The notes under the pieces: model-generated
Databases searched by the model: none
What the model was told of the DNA's origin: nothing
Seen by the model: only the letters and a program-made list of their open reading frames with translations
Part shown: positions 13,808-26,680 of the stretch, piece after piece
Position numbering within the stretch: the first letter of the stretch is position 1
Layout: each line of letters starts with the position of its first letter
NCBI GenBank assembly: GCA_028534125.1
Contig: CM052816.1
Location: forward strand, 66,714,001-66,778,000
Length of the DNA: 64,000 bases
Direction: 5' to 3'
Source: Lama glama
Lineage: Eukaryota
Made by a program: the position numbers and the translations under genes

Positions 13808-14214
13808 GATGCAGGCAGGGGGATGCCTGGCTCAGATCCCCCTTAAGATGGGACAGTTGCTTAGCTCAGGAATGGTTAGCTGGCATCCTGATGTTAGTGC
13901 CTTTTGGATCCTTGTCAGGTTTAGAGCTGAGACACTGCACTTCTTGGAGTGATCTTCTAGCTAATGACCCAGTCAGGCAGTGGTAGAAGGGCCGACCCAT
14001 CCTGCCCAAAGTAGAACTCCTCTAACGAGTGATCTCTGTTCCACAGCCCACAGTGGAAGAGGCTTTCTTAGGTTCATTCCAGCCTGACAGCTCCCTCTGC
14101 TCATCTTGCTTCAGCCCCTCATCCTTTCCCAGGTGTTACTACCTAGTAAACCTTTTGCTGTCCTGTGTTAACTCCATCTTTGTGTCTGCTGCCTGGAGAA
14201 CTCAACTTGTGACA
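13808..14214 (+). mobile_element. ERVL solo LTR (LTR16A-like)
   Basis: 'gctcagatccccc', 'ctccctctgctcatcttgcttc...aggtgtt', AGTAAA at 14145-14150, and end 'gtctgctgcctggagaactcaacttgtgaca'. Confidence 0.7.
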
Positions 14215-14799
14215 AATACCTAATTCTAAGAGGAGGCTTGGAACATGTCAACCTCTGGACTTAAATGAAAGAAGCAGCTCCCTTACAGAGGTCAAAAGCA
14301 AAGTTGGACTAAAAGGACTTTTTCTACAGTACGACTAGACAAAACAATTGATTTCGGATATGCATGATTTCTCCAAGGGTATTAGGTGGTCAATCAGGCA
14401 AAAATACAATAAATGAAAACAAGATTTAAAAAACTGACATAAAATAAATGGTAAATAGACACTGGAGGGTCTAAATACTTGAGGGGGATGATGGAATTTC
14501 CCTCTCTGGGCATTTTTTAAAAGGATAGATTATTTATTCCATTCAGGAGATGGTTATTTCCAAATCCTTGTTATAGATAGTACTATTTTTTATTTTTTTT
14601 AAAGTCTTACATATAACTGTACCTCTTCAATAGCAGAAATATTCAGAACTCAACTGCATTAGTCATATGCACATGACCTTATAATAGTGAGAAAAGGCTT
14701 AGGCAAGAATCCATATTTAGATTTAGCTGCTTGAAAGGAAGGTAAGGAAATGGAAGCAATGTATCTGAGAGTCTATTATGTATTAGAAAATCTAGCAAA

Positions 14800-15230
14800 T
14801 GTTTATCATTCACCAAAGATTTTTTTGAGCCCTCTCTTTTTTCCAGGCACTGTTCTAGGTATTGAGATACATCAGGAATGAATCATACTACAATTTTCTC
14901 CCACTGAGATTATATTCTGGAGGGAGAGAAACATTTGATAAATATTAAAGTGAAATAATGCTATGATAAAATATCTTAGAAGGTGATACGCAATGTGGAA
15001 AAATAAAAACAGGGAAACCCAGAGTTCCTGGTCAGGTGTGGGTTGCCTTTAAATAATGTGAACGGGGTAGGCCTTATTAAGATGATATTTAAGCAAAAAC
15101 TTGCATGAGGTGGGGGAATTAGTGATGTGGATCCTTGCAGAAAGAGCTCCAAGCCCAGGGAGGAGGCACTGCAAAGCATGTCAGAGGAGCTACAGAGGCT
15201 CGGGAAGGAATGGAGACTTGTACAAATTAA
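14800..15230 (-). mobile_element. L2 3' end
   Basis: 'cattcaccaaagatttttttgagc...ccaggcactgttctaggtattgagatac'. Confidence 0.75.
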
Positions 15231-16000
15231 ATCTTGCTCCTAACTCTCGTAGCCAGTGACCTCGGATTCTAATTCACATCCGTCTGCCTCCCAAACTCGC
15301 CTTGTTGATCCTGCCTGTGACATTCCATCAAGGGGTGCAAAACCCCTCTATTTCATCTTTCTTGAGATTAGTCCTTTTCCTTTTAACCGCCCACCAGATG
15401 CAGTTTGATGAGATAATTGTCTGATGCACACTTACAGAGGCAAATACAGATATTCTTCCCTGTACCAGAATATGCATAAACACAATGAAACAGATTGTAG
15501 AGTTTGAGAGGTATCACTGGCAATCACATTTCATTTGCGGTATTGTTTGTTTTGTTTTGTTTTCCTAGAACACTCATTAAATGGTAAATAGTTAAGTGTG
15601 ACTTAAGCAGGTCTCCAGGAAACCAAACAACTTACTTCAGAGTCATTTTTATTGAACCATTTGGAAGGACTAATGGGTCATTTTGACATTGTGGAGACTA
15701 GCCTAACTCTCAGGACAATCCTCATGTGAGCATCCCAGCTCAGGCTGAAGATTTGAAGTGACGTATTTCATAATTGCTCCCAGGGAATAAATGCCTACTC
15801 CTTCTGTAGAAACCAGTCACACTGCCTTTTACGTGAAACTAGCCACATCTCAGCTTACTTGTTCAGAATTGTTCAAAAGCTGTTTGCATTATTCAGCACA
15901 ATTAGAAATACTCTCGTTGACCCTCCTGATCTGTGGGGAATTTTTACACCAAACCAGGCAGCTCCATATTCCCATGGAAAACCCACCATTTGAATTTCTT

Positions 16001-16167
16001 TTTTTTTTTAACATTTTTTTTATTGAGTTACAGTCATTTTACAATGTTGTGTCAAATTCCAGTGTATAGCACATTTTTCAGTTATACATGAATATACATA
16101 TATTCATTGTCATATTTTTTTTCACTGTGAGCTAACACAAGATCTTGTATATATTTCCCTGTGCTAT
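16001..16167 (-). mobile_element. Young, severely 5'-truncated camelid L1 (167 bp)
   Basis: Poly-T then 'aacatttttttattgagttacagtcattttacaatgttgtgtcaaattccagtgta'. Perfect 17-bp TSD CACCATTTGAATTTCTT at 15984-16000 and 16168-16184. Confidence 0.95.
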
Positions 16168-16874
16168 CACCATTTGAATTTCTTGAACCTCTTTTTAACA
16201 CTTTTTTTTTCTTTTTGGCCTCAAGGACTCTAGAACACATTATCTCCTAAAGAGCATCAATAGAATTAGAAATGAATTAGAGGGAGGATGTCAGCAGCTC
16301 CCTGCAATGAGAATGAAGCTGAAAAGCATCTAGTTATGATACACATCTTATATAATAGGTGCAATGGATTTTTTAAATGAGGTTCTTTCTATGCACAAAG
16401 TGCAATTTTTAGAGTGCCTTGGAAAATAGGTACTGCATACTTTGAAATTGCTTTATGTAATCTATGGGACAAATATAAAACATCCAGTGTTTCCAAAGCA
16501 TCACTTCCCAGGGATGTTCAAATGTGCTAAGATATGACCTTACTGATCATCCTACTCTCTTTTTAGTAGTAAGAGTCAGGTATTACCTTCCTGAGTTCAT
16601 TGACAAGGACTCAGTGCCAAACTCTAGCTGTTCAATGTCTAGAGATTAAAGCTCCATCATCACATGTATTGCTTTCTTAGGTTTAAATAGCCGCTTGTCT
16701 CCTTTACCTTTCAACACTGTCATTCCATTTATCTTTTGGAAAGCATACAAATACACCTATGTATACACAGAATTTTTTTCCTGATTGCAAAACAAGAATT
16801 TGCTGTGGAGGTCACTCTTGGGCTGAAACTTAAAATAGTTTTGCAAAAAATGAAGGCCATTTCTACCCTCAGCC

Positions 16875-17830
16875 TTGTAAAACTAAAAATTGACAATAGT
16901 CATTGCTGATGATGGTAAAGGGAAAATGGGTACTCTGATACATGGTTGATGTGGAAATGAATCACTGCAAAACTTTTGGAAGATTAACTGGAAGTTTCTA
17001 TTAAATAAGTATATTAGTATACTTTGGCTTTGGGGACTGTCTTCTACAGAAAGAAAAGTACTAGAATACATGTACAAACATGTTAATTTTAGCATTATAT
17101 ATAGTGGCCAAAAGCAACCAGACAAATCAAGAAAGAATAGGAAAAATGCAGTTTCTCATCAATGGTTGATTGATTTGAACATTTTTAATTCTAATGAATC
17201 TAATGATTCATAATTTCTAATGAATGAGAAATGATGTAACCATGAAAAGAACAAGTTAGTTCTATAAGCATTTACCTGGAGAGATATCCATGTAAACTAG
17301 ATGAAAAGATCAAGTTGAGGATAATATATGTAATGATCTATTTTTAAATAGAAACAATGCTCATATATATGGTTATGGGGGAGGGATAAACTGGGAGTTT
17401 AGGACTTGCAGATACTAACTACTGTACATAAAATAGATTATAAAAAAACAAGGTCCTACTGTATAGCACAGGGAACTGTATTCAATACCTTGTAATAGCC
17501 TATAATGAAAAATATGAAAAGGAATATGTATATGTGTATAAATGAAACACTATGCTTTACACCAGAAATTAACACAACATTGTAAACCTACTATACTTCA
17601 ATAAAAATATAAAGAATGAAGAATGTGTTTGTCTACATCTTTTTATGCATAGAGAAAAATACAGAAGGGTAAACCCTCAATTGTGAATAGTGACGAGCTT
17701 TGTGTAACCCTGGTTGGTGGAGCTAAGGAGAGGAGGAGTAAAAGGGAGGAGCCAGGGAGATTGGGGCTTGATTTTCATCACTCTTAAGCATGGATTATTT
17801 GTGAAGTTTAAAATAAATACCTCACAAAAA
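16875..17830 (+). mobile_element. Ancient L1 (L1ME-like) 3' fragment interrupted by a younger L1
   Basis: 'ggaaaatgggtactctgatacatggttg...tttagcattatatatagtggccaaaa'; resumes after about 17615 with 'atgcatagagaaaaatacagaagg'. Confidence 0.65.
17375..17612 (+). mobile_element. Camelid-type L1 3'UTR fragment
   Basis: Similar to 1510-1735: 'aacaaggtcctactgtatagcacagggaac...caccagaaattaacacaacattgtaaacctactatacttcaataaaaa'. Confidence 0.92.
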
Positions 17831-17859
17831 AATTTGGAGAAGAAAGCCATGACACAGAA

Positions 17860-18040
17860 TGATGAGGTAGACAGATAGATTTGAGAGTCAGCCAGATGGA
17901 GTGAAACACCCCTGTTTTGCTACCTGTTTCTGTGTAATGTCACACACATCACTGACTCCTCTGATGATTGGCTTCCTCATAGGAAATGAAGATAATCCTC
18001 TTCGTAAAGCACAAGGTACAAGACAAATGCTATCTATTAC
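17860..18040 (+). mobile_element. MIR SINE
   Basis: 'agatttgagagtcagccaga...ggcttcctcataggaaatgaagataat'. Confidence 0.55.
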
Positions 18041-20429
18041 TATGGAGGAAGAATGTTTTACAGGTGGGAGTAGGAAGAAGCAGGAGATAAAGTCTGGGCA
18101 GGATGGGAAGCAGATTTTCCTTGGGATCTCTAGGTCAATTCACAGAATTAGGAATTTGGTCCCAGAGCCCACTGGGTCACACGTACAGACTCATTATTTT
18201 TGAATGACTATGCTTCTACTGGCAGCCCTAGAATCTCAGGCTGCAAGCTGAGAAGAACTGATGGATGTGACTTCTGAATTGAGTGTGGTGTCCTATCCAG
18301 TTCTGTTGACCTTCTGGATGAGCCCTGGAGGTTTCCTGGCAGATGTGGTTCTCTGATGGAATGCATCTGGCTCATTTCAAGACCTCTATTGCTATCTGCA
18401 GATTGCTTTAGGTCTTTAGTTCAGCACACACTTAAAATACTTTTTATAAATAGGTTTCACAGAGACCGTGCTTACCTTCAACATGTTCTGCAAAATACAG
18501 TATCTTTCTCTACTTGCTTATCTTAAGAATGGGATTTTTTATCTTTCCTTGAACTTATATATCATAGAAGCATAAATACTGTGCTTTCTTGGTCTTCTAT
18601 GTTCTTTCTCACTAGTTGCCTTGAGATTCTGTTCCTTCACAGAATGCATTGTGTAGCACCATGACGTTTCCTGTGACACCGTTAAACACCCTACAGCACC
18701 CTTAGCTTAGTTCACATCTACTATACCTATAGCAAAATACAATGTGGCTTTATTAATCTGCCTTGCCATTCTCCACTGTAACAAATACAATAACTGTTTG
18801 TTCTTATTCAATTGTTAGATATTTTGACTGACCCTTATACTATATATAGAGACTATTATTTCTGTATTATTTGCCTGTAAGATTAAAGCTTTGCATTCCC
18901 TTAATTTAACATGAAATAATGTTTCAGGCAAGCTGAAAACTCTTATTTATTCAAACAGAAATAACCTGCCAAAATAAGCCTAACATGTGATCAACTCATT
19001 GGGCAGTGAAATGTAACAAAAATCTTAATATCAACAGGGTTATCAGTCACCCTGCATCATAGGGAAAATACACCAAAGTATTTATATCTTGTATATGGAA
19101 AAATTTTCCAATAAAAAATTTCCATTTCCCCACTTAGTGCACAGAATTCTGTTAGCCTGTCCTTTTGCCAAAGAAAATGTAATTATTATTACAAAGTATT
19201 GGTAGTAAAAAAGATTTGATGTTTGCAAGGAACAACATTTATGCTTTTAAAAAAGCAGAGCTACTTATTGAAGTAGATTTGTTTAACATCTGTTTTTAAG
19301 CATTTATAACCATAATCCCTAAAGATTTAAAGCAATATAGGACAACAGTGATCAAGGATCAGAATTATAGAACACTTCCTTAAACAGAACTGAACTTAAA
19401 TTTGACAGAAGTAATAAAGTAGATTGGCAGGGAGAAGAGAAGTCTAGGAAAAAAGAGACCAGGATTTTCAGCTTAGCAATAATACGTTAATAACTGCCCC
19501 CAGGTAACTCATATCAACTCTCTGGACCCAGAATCTTCACTGGAAAAAATGGACAGATTGGAGTTCATGACTTTTACAATTTAAGATTGTCATATTCCCT
19601 GGAGATGGATAAAAAGACAAAGTGGCAAAAATGATTTTACTGGAGAAGTCACTACTATCCATCTTAACTCTTTTCTTGAAAATAGAGGGAAAGATACATT
19701 TTTGTTGATGAGGATTGAATATTTCATTTAATAGTATTATAGTGGTTTTATTTTGACAACTTAGCTAAGCTATAACCACTTTTCCCATAATTTCTTCTCC
19801 TGAATGATTCTGGCTGTTTCTGAGTGTTTATTTCCTCACCTAAAGAGAGAAACTTTATATTTTCCTTCTAGGTATACTAAAAAATGACTATAAAATAATG
19901 AGGGGTAGTACTGAATACTCACTCTAGCTTTGGGGGCATTTTCTTATACTTAATCCCAGTGATCTCCTTTACTGACAAAAATATAAAGCATTTCACATGG
20001 GCAGCTGAGTTTTCCCCCTTCCATTCTGCAACACAACTCATGTGAGCTGAGACTGCCTTTGGAGGGGGATGTGGAAACACAGTCAGCACAACGGAGACAA
20101 GTAAGAGGCCAGAGTGTGAAGCAGGCTAGGTTTTTTCCAAGAACAACTAAAACTGAAAATTACATTTTCAATGGCATCTGCTCAATGAGCTGTTAAACAG
20201 ATAATATGCAGAAGGTGTCCCAATGCTGGGTTGTCCCTTTTTTCTTCTTTTCCTTTTTACTATTTTTCCATGATTGGAGGAAATGTCTTGGCAGCTATAA
20301 CTCCAAAATTCAAAATTCTGATAACCATGGATTTTTAATACTGCTTTTCATTTTTCTGTATTTGCTGAGCATGACAACATATTGAATTCTTTTTTTTTAA
20401 AGAACAGTCATGGAGATGAATCCAGTATA

Positions 20430-20660
20430 GAAAAAGAACATTGAGAAAGGAAATCTTGGTTCCTAGACCAAGTCTGCCACATTGTCATGTGGGATGTTAA
20501 GTATGTCATTTAAATTCTTTAAGCTTCAATGGTCTCATCTATGCATGGCTGGTAATAGTCCACACTTCATAGGGTTGATGTGGGAGACAGCATGATGGTC
20601 AGATGTAATACAGGAGACATATCTTAAACTCAAAGTAGGTGCTCATTCTGTGATGGCCGA
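20430..20660 (+). mobile_element. MIR SINE
   Basis: 'aagtatgtcatttaaattctttaagcttcaatggtctcatctatg...cacttcatagggttgatgtg'. Confidence 0.65.
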
Positions 20661-23289
20661 ATATCCATCCCAGAGGTCACAGTAGGCAGGTTCTGCTCTG
20701 TACAATTGCAGTGGAAGATACACCAATTTCAAAGTAAGCAGTGCCAAGTCACTGATATATGGCCAACATTTAAATAGAAATTCTCAGTGCTACCTTTGGC
20801 AGAAATTTCTCAGAAACTGTGAATTTTGCTGTGGAATAAGAATCTGTTCCTGTGACTTGATGATGAAGTCTACTTCCACTCTCCCTAAAGACATATTTGA
20901 GATATTTTTGTTCTCCAAGGCCTCAGATATATAAGTTCATCCCAAATCAATTCACTGCATTGAAATCTTGGCATTTTAGCTAGTCAGTACTTTATATACT
21001 CCCCTGACCTTAAAGGCACTGAAAGACTGGATTGCTGGAAAGCACTGACTTTTCTCTAGAAATACACCACAATGGTCCCATCTGAGGAGGGTTGCCCATG
21101 TGAGAGTTCTCATGTCCCTAAGCTCTGGGACCCCGAGGTTTTCATGCAGCTCCCCTGAAGGCCTGGGTCCCTATTTGGTGACTCCTTTTCAAGAATCCTC
21201 TTCATTACCTTTTGCGTTGCCCAACTCTTCTGGCTTTTCATTCCACCCCTGTGCTCCTCCTGTCCCCACATTCCAATGCATCAGCCCATCAGACACAATA
21301 AAGATTGCATAACAGAAGATGGCAAGGGAAGGGGTTCACATTCATCATCTGTGTCCTAGGGACCACATCAGTTATCCATATTTGTCATTTAATTTAAAGA
21401 GTTTAGATATTCATGGACTTCCTGGAAATATGGCTTTATGGCTTTCTAAGAGTGACTGTAAAATACAATTTGGGGCCCTGTTGGGTTGGTTGTGTTTGGG
21501 AGAACTTGTATGCCACTTTGCAACTCATCCTAACCTGGAAAGATACTGGAAAGATACTGACTCCAACCAGTGGTGGGCTAGTGTTGGCTAACGCGGTGTC
21601 CACTCCAAATGTGGGTGTAGTGTCAAACTATCGAAACCTCCCTGCCTCTGAATTTACCCACAGGTCCTCACTACTGTCCCTTGACATGAAAGGTGAAAGA
21701 GAAGGAAGATGCCTGGTGCAGGTAGGTGAGGGGAAGAGAATGTTAAATACAGCTTTCATATTGCCTTCTAAGAACTGCTTGTAATTGGTTAGTGTCTTTC
21801 CTCAGAAAGAGGACCCCCACCACCACTTATGATTTCTAGATGGTGAATTGGTCTAATTCTGTTGTTTCTTGATCTCTTGTCTAAACCTCACTGATGATCT
21901 TAGCTTCGGTGCTGCATCAATCCATCAGAGAAAAACCGTGACTGCTAATGGAGAAGTGCATGAGAGATGACACCACCACTACCACTAAGTCACCTCCAGG
22001 GGATACTGCCTCTTTCAAGGACCTCAGCACGTTCTGCACAAATCACCTCATTTATCTTTCCTGCATCCCTAGTGACAGGAGGAGAGCTGCAACTGTATAA
22101 TTCCACCTTAAAAGGAATGCAGTCAAATGCAGAGACTGCAACTTGCCCAAAGTCAATTTCAGGAATAGAGACCACAGGTGCTGTTGATGGTTGGTATGTA
22201 TTAAAGTATCTTCTGATGACATTTAGTGAAGACTGCAAGCACTAATAGTAAAGGAGCAGAAAAACTGAACGAAGTTTGATTCCACCCTGACTTGTGTCCA
22301 GCCTTCAGTCATTTACTTTGCATGTTCTTCCATAAAAAAACATAACTTGACCTTGAAAATAAAGAACCTAATTATGCCAGCCTGGAAAGCATCAGTGGCT
22401 ATAACCCCACTGGAATAACTCAATGGGGCAAAGGAGGGTAAAGTTCGTAGTAGAGGGTATTATATCAAACAAACAGATTGCAAGTGTTAATGATGATGAG
22501 CTGATAAGAGGTCAATGATTTTCCAAGAACACTGAACATGAGCTGCTCCATATAATGATATAGTGATGTCATTGACATAAAAGAAATATTTAGATGTTCC
22601 TAAGTTTGTTTTCTACATCTGAGTATTTTACACTATTGCCTAGATAGGAGCAGTTGTTGAATAATTGATTTTGAATAATTAGGTGTTTGTGTGCTTGCTC
22701 AAAGGTATCTTCGACATATCATCTTTATCAGAAGATGTGCTTTTGAAATATTTCATTCAGCTGGACACTGTACATGTTTAGGGTCTAACTCTCTCAGTTG
22801 ACAGTCTGTCACATCCCATGAATAAATTTTCCCTTTTAACTTTTTCCATGACAGAAGAGATGAGAAGTATCTCCCTTTCTTTCCCCACTCTGCCTAAGAA
22901 CATGGTGTCTTGGAGATTTTATTGATTGCTTTGTGGATTCCTGTAGTTGCAGCTTTCTTAAGGAGCCAGTTATCTGGGGAAACACGGAAGCCTTAAGAAA
23001 CTTTTCTAATTGATGAGGCCCAGTGGACAACTTGAAGGGGCTGTTCCAAGGCTTACCAAGGGGGATGAGGAGATGGTGGGCGTTATCCAACATGACTATG
23101 GGTAGTATGAGTGAATTTTTGAAGCAACATTTAAAAACAATAAAACCAACTAAAATTGTTTTTTTTCTCATGGCTCGCTGAAAAAAATATTCCTTTGGGC
23201 TGGACCCCTGCCACTGTCACACTTTCCCCACAGTCCCCCGTGTGATCATAAAGTCCCAACTTCAGCAATGGTAGTGCTTAACATTTTTT

Positions 23290-23477
23290 GCCTCAAGTTT
23301 CTCACCATTAAGTTTAATATTAGTTGTAGGTTTTTAATGGTTATTAAGGTAGTTTTTCTCTATGCCTAGTTTGCTGAGTATTTTTATCATGAATGGGTAT
23401 CAATGCTTTTATTAATATGATTTTTCTACTTCAGCCTATTGATAGGATATATTACATTCATTAATTTTTGTACTTTT
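23290..23477 (-). mobile_element. Old L1 ORF2 fragment
   Basis: 'tcaccattaagtttaatattagttgtaggtttt...ctatgcctagtttgctgagtatttttatcatgaatggg'. Confidence 0.75.
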
Positions 23478-23775
23478 TAGATGTGATTAACGTTTAACTT
23501 AGTTGACTTTGAGTCAAGTAGATTATTCTCCACAGTATTGGTGGGCCTTATCCAAGTAGCTGAAGGTCTTAAAGAGAAAAGACTGAGGTCCAGAGAAAAG
23601 AAAGGAATTTAGCCTCCAAGCTGCCTCTGGACTCAAAACTGTAACATCACTCCAGCCCACCAGTCTGCCCTGCTAATTTTGGACTTAAGTCCCTATAATC
23701 ATGTGAGCTAATTTCTTAAAACTCTCTCTTTATCTCCCCTGTTGGTTCTATTTTTCTGGAGAACCCTGACTAATG
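23478..23775 (+). mobile_element. MLT2-type ERVL LTR
   Basis: 'ggtgggccttatccaagtagctgaaggtcttaaagagaaaagactgagg'; ends 'gttggttctatttttctggagaaccctgactaat'. Confidence 0.85.
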
Positions 23776-23779
23776 CTAA

Positions 23780-24200
23780 TGGATTTGAATAGGCTGAAAA
23801 CAAGATTATTAGTCCAAAGTTACTGTAATAACTCAGGAAATAGTGAGGACTGAATTATGGCTGTGGTAGTCAGGTTAGAGAAAAATTAAGTTGAGAGATA
23901 AAGTTAGGTTGAACTGGTGAGCTCTCCCTGACAGTTTGGGTATGAAAGCATGAGGGAGGGCACTGGTAGCATCTTTAAATGAAATAAAGATAAATGGAAG
24001 AAAAGGATGGCTTGGAGGGATTAAAGAAAAGACCCTAAAATTCATTTCAATCATTTGAAGTTTGAGCTCCCTGTGATATTCCATAGGAGGACAGGAAGCT
24101 TCAGGTTATTTTTAGAAATATTACTGCCTGGTGATAGTTGAAATTGTAGATGAGAATGAGATGACTCAGGAAAACCTACTAAATGAGAGCAGGATCGGGG
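23780..24200 (-). mobile_element. L2 fragment
   Basis: 'aaatagtgaggactgaattatggctgtggtagt...tttgaagtttgagctccctgtgatattcca'. Confidence 0.55.
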
Positions 24201-26379
24201 CCTGGATTCTCCAGGATATTTTCTATAATCTTCTGGGCCATATATTATATTGCATTGAGGTCCTTCTCTAGGTGTGTTGAGCTGTACAGTCCTTGCTGTC
24301 TTTCTATGAGGATCATGAAGCAAATATTGGACTGGTCACCTGCATTAGTTCTCAGGAAGCTGTCTGTTGCATGACAGTCACTTGTGGCACAGCTACTGAC
24401 AAAAATCAACCTTGTGCCCATCTTGGAAAAGCATCAAGGAAGCAAAATCTTAGGTAAACACTGAGAAGCCTATTCGTTTTTATTTCTTTTCTACTAGGAA
24501 GGCTTTAACTTTACAGGCCCCATTAATGCAACGTGACTCTACGGCAATTTGTGCTTTGTCCACTTCTGAGATGTAATGGCTCCTTTGACACTGTACTTGT
24601 TACTGGAAAGAATCTCCCACCATAAAGTGCTTTAATTAGAGAACACTGAGGCATGTGGCTTCAAGGACAAAAAATGTTCTGTGTGATTCAAGATGAATGA
24701 GGAGGAAGGGTTTTAAGTACATAATACAATTCATAAACCTTGGCTTTTGGGTAGATAAAGCTCATCACATGCCTCAAGATAGTTCTGCTGTGGAGGTCAG
24801 AGTGTACGGGACTTTAGTGTCTTTCTTCAGCTCTGTGTCGGTCTAGTTCACTGTCGGCACTTTATTCTCGTTGGCAAGTACGTGATGAAAGACTCTCAGA
24901 ACATATTTCCTACATGCTCATGTCTCATAAAATCTCAGACTGACCCAATGTACTCATTTGACAAAGTTATTTATTACCTAAAATGTACATGTGTTGCCTG
25001 AAACAAATAAAACCTGAACATGCCCTAGAAAAATCAGACTAGCTTAGATCAGGGGGACCTCCAAATAATTCTTTGTATATACAACAAGAAGACTTCAGTA
25101 AACAGCTATATATTCTGAGGAAGAGAGAGGAGAGGGAAAGGGAGATAGAAGAGAAGTTTTCAAGCATTTTTCTTTATTTAAAATATAAATTGTTATTCTC
25201 GCCCAGGCAGAATTTATTACTATTTTAAAGACTGATGGATTTTTATGGATTTTCAGAATCACAAGGAAAGTGGGTCTGGTGCTTTTTTATCCATAAATAT
25301 CTCACCTGAAAAGTAGTTGTGGGACATTCCAGGCAGAGAGCACAGGTAAAAGTGGGAATGAAGTGACCAGGTCTAGTGGACAGTGAGCATTCCTCCAGGG
25401 CAAATTGGAATAGCAAAGAGTCATTTTTAAAATGTTCACATTCTTAATAAGGCTGAGACAGAGGATTGGTGGTGAGCTGAAAGTGACCAGGTCACTCCCT
25501 GAGAGGATTATCAGAATACCTGGAAGGGAGAGGGAGGCAGCGAGGGTACTTTGATAACCACATCCAATATTACAAAAACTTGGATTTACTTGTAAACTCG
25601 ATAGGCAATATCTTTCAAATCAAATATCACTAAAGAAATTATATTTTTAGGCAAATTAAGATGTCTTTTGCAGAGGGTTATGACCTACTGTTTTAATTAA
25701 TAGAGAGGTTGACATTTTGTAGGTGACCAATGAGTAAACTAGGACAGTTATAAAGACCCCTATAAAAAGTGAGCTGTAGTACTATTGTTTTTTCCCCCAA
25801 ACTTTGAGTCTTTTTGTCTTAACATGCACACTTTTAATACACTATATAACAATTTTAATTGTTATTTGTCGTTTGGCTAATACTAAAGCACCTGTTTTAG
25901 TACATCTAACTAATACTGCCTAATTTAAAGGGCCAAAGTATTCGATAAAAATGACAATAATAGCAAAAGTGATAAACAATTTTTCCCTTCACTGGAGTTT
26001 AATGAAAGTAACAGTCAATTAAATCTAAATATTTTCTCCTTTTATTTTAACTGACATTTTGCAATTATTCAAATTTATTCAAATTTAACAGATGAGTATT
26101 AAGAAACCAAATATTCAGTTGAAAACAATAACCAAGGTAAATTTCTGGTGAAAAGAGGTAATGATTCACTGATTATACCTTGAGAAGAAAGTGAAATAAA
26201 TTCATTGCACTGCTCATGTAACTGTGAAAAACATTTGCTTCCTGAGCATCCTCCTGTATGAATGACAAAGAGCTTTATAAAAAAAGATTCTTTAGCTAAT
26301 TGTATCATGTACAAAACATTTTCATCTCTCCTCTTGTCTCAGAATGTATAGCTGTTTACTAAAGTCTTCTTGTTGAATA

Positions 26380-26680
26380 TACTATACTCAACATGTCCCA
26401 ACAACTCACGAAGGTGGGTACTATTACCACACTTTACTGACGGGAGAACCAATGCAAAAGGTGTTAAGCAACTTGCCACAAATCACACACATCTGACCAG
26501 CTGGGGAGTCAAGATTTGAATCCGGACAGACAACTCCAAGTCTGTGCTTCCTAGCTTTTTAGCCCTCTCAGCTTCAGTCTTCTCAGTGGTAAAACGAGAG
26601 TAATAAGCCTGCCCTAGAACTAGAAAAGGCAACACAAATGGAAAGGATGATTGCTATTAAGCTACTTAACTAAAGTGCAT
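26380..26680. mobile_element. Two adjacent MIR fragments (minus about 26380-26550, plus about 26560-26680)
   Basis: 'gttaagcaacttgccacaaatcacac...gatttgaatcc' then 'ctctcagcttcagtcttctcagtggtaaaacgagagtaataa'. Confidence 0.65.

Noticed and set aside
18476..18487. 12-nt minus-strand microexon (ttttgcag|AACATGTTGAAG|gtaagc)
   Set aside because: The donor is good, but the upstream region is purine-rich with competing AGs and lacks the long pyrimidine tract expected for microexons.
21535..21559. CTGGAAAGATA tandem repeat
   Set aside because: Only two copies; an ordinary slippage duplication.
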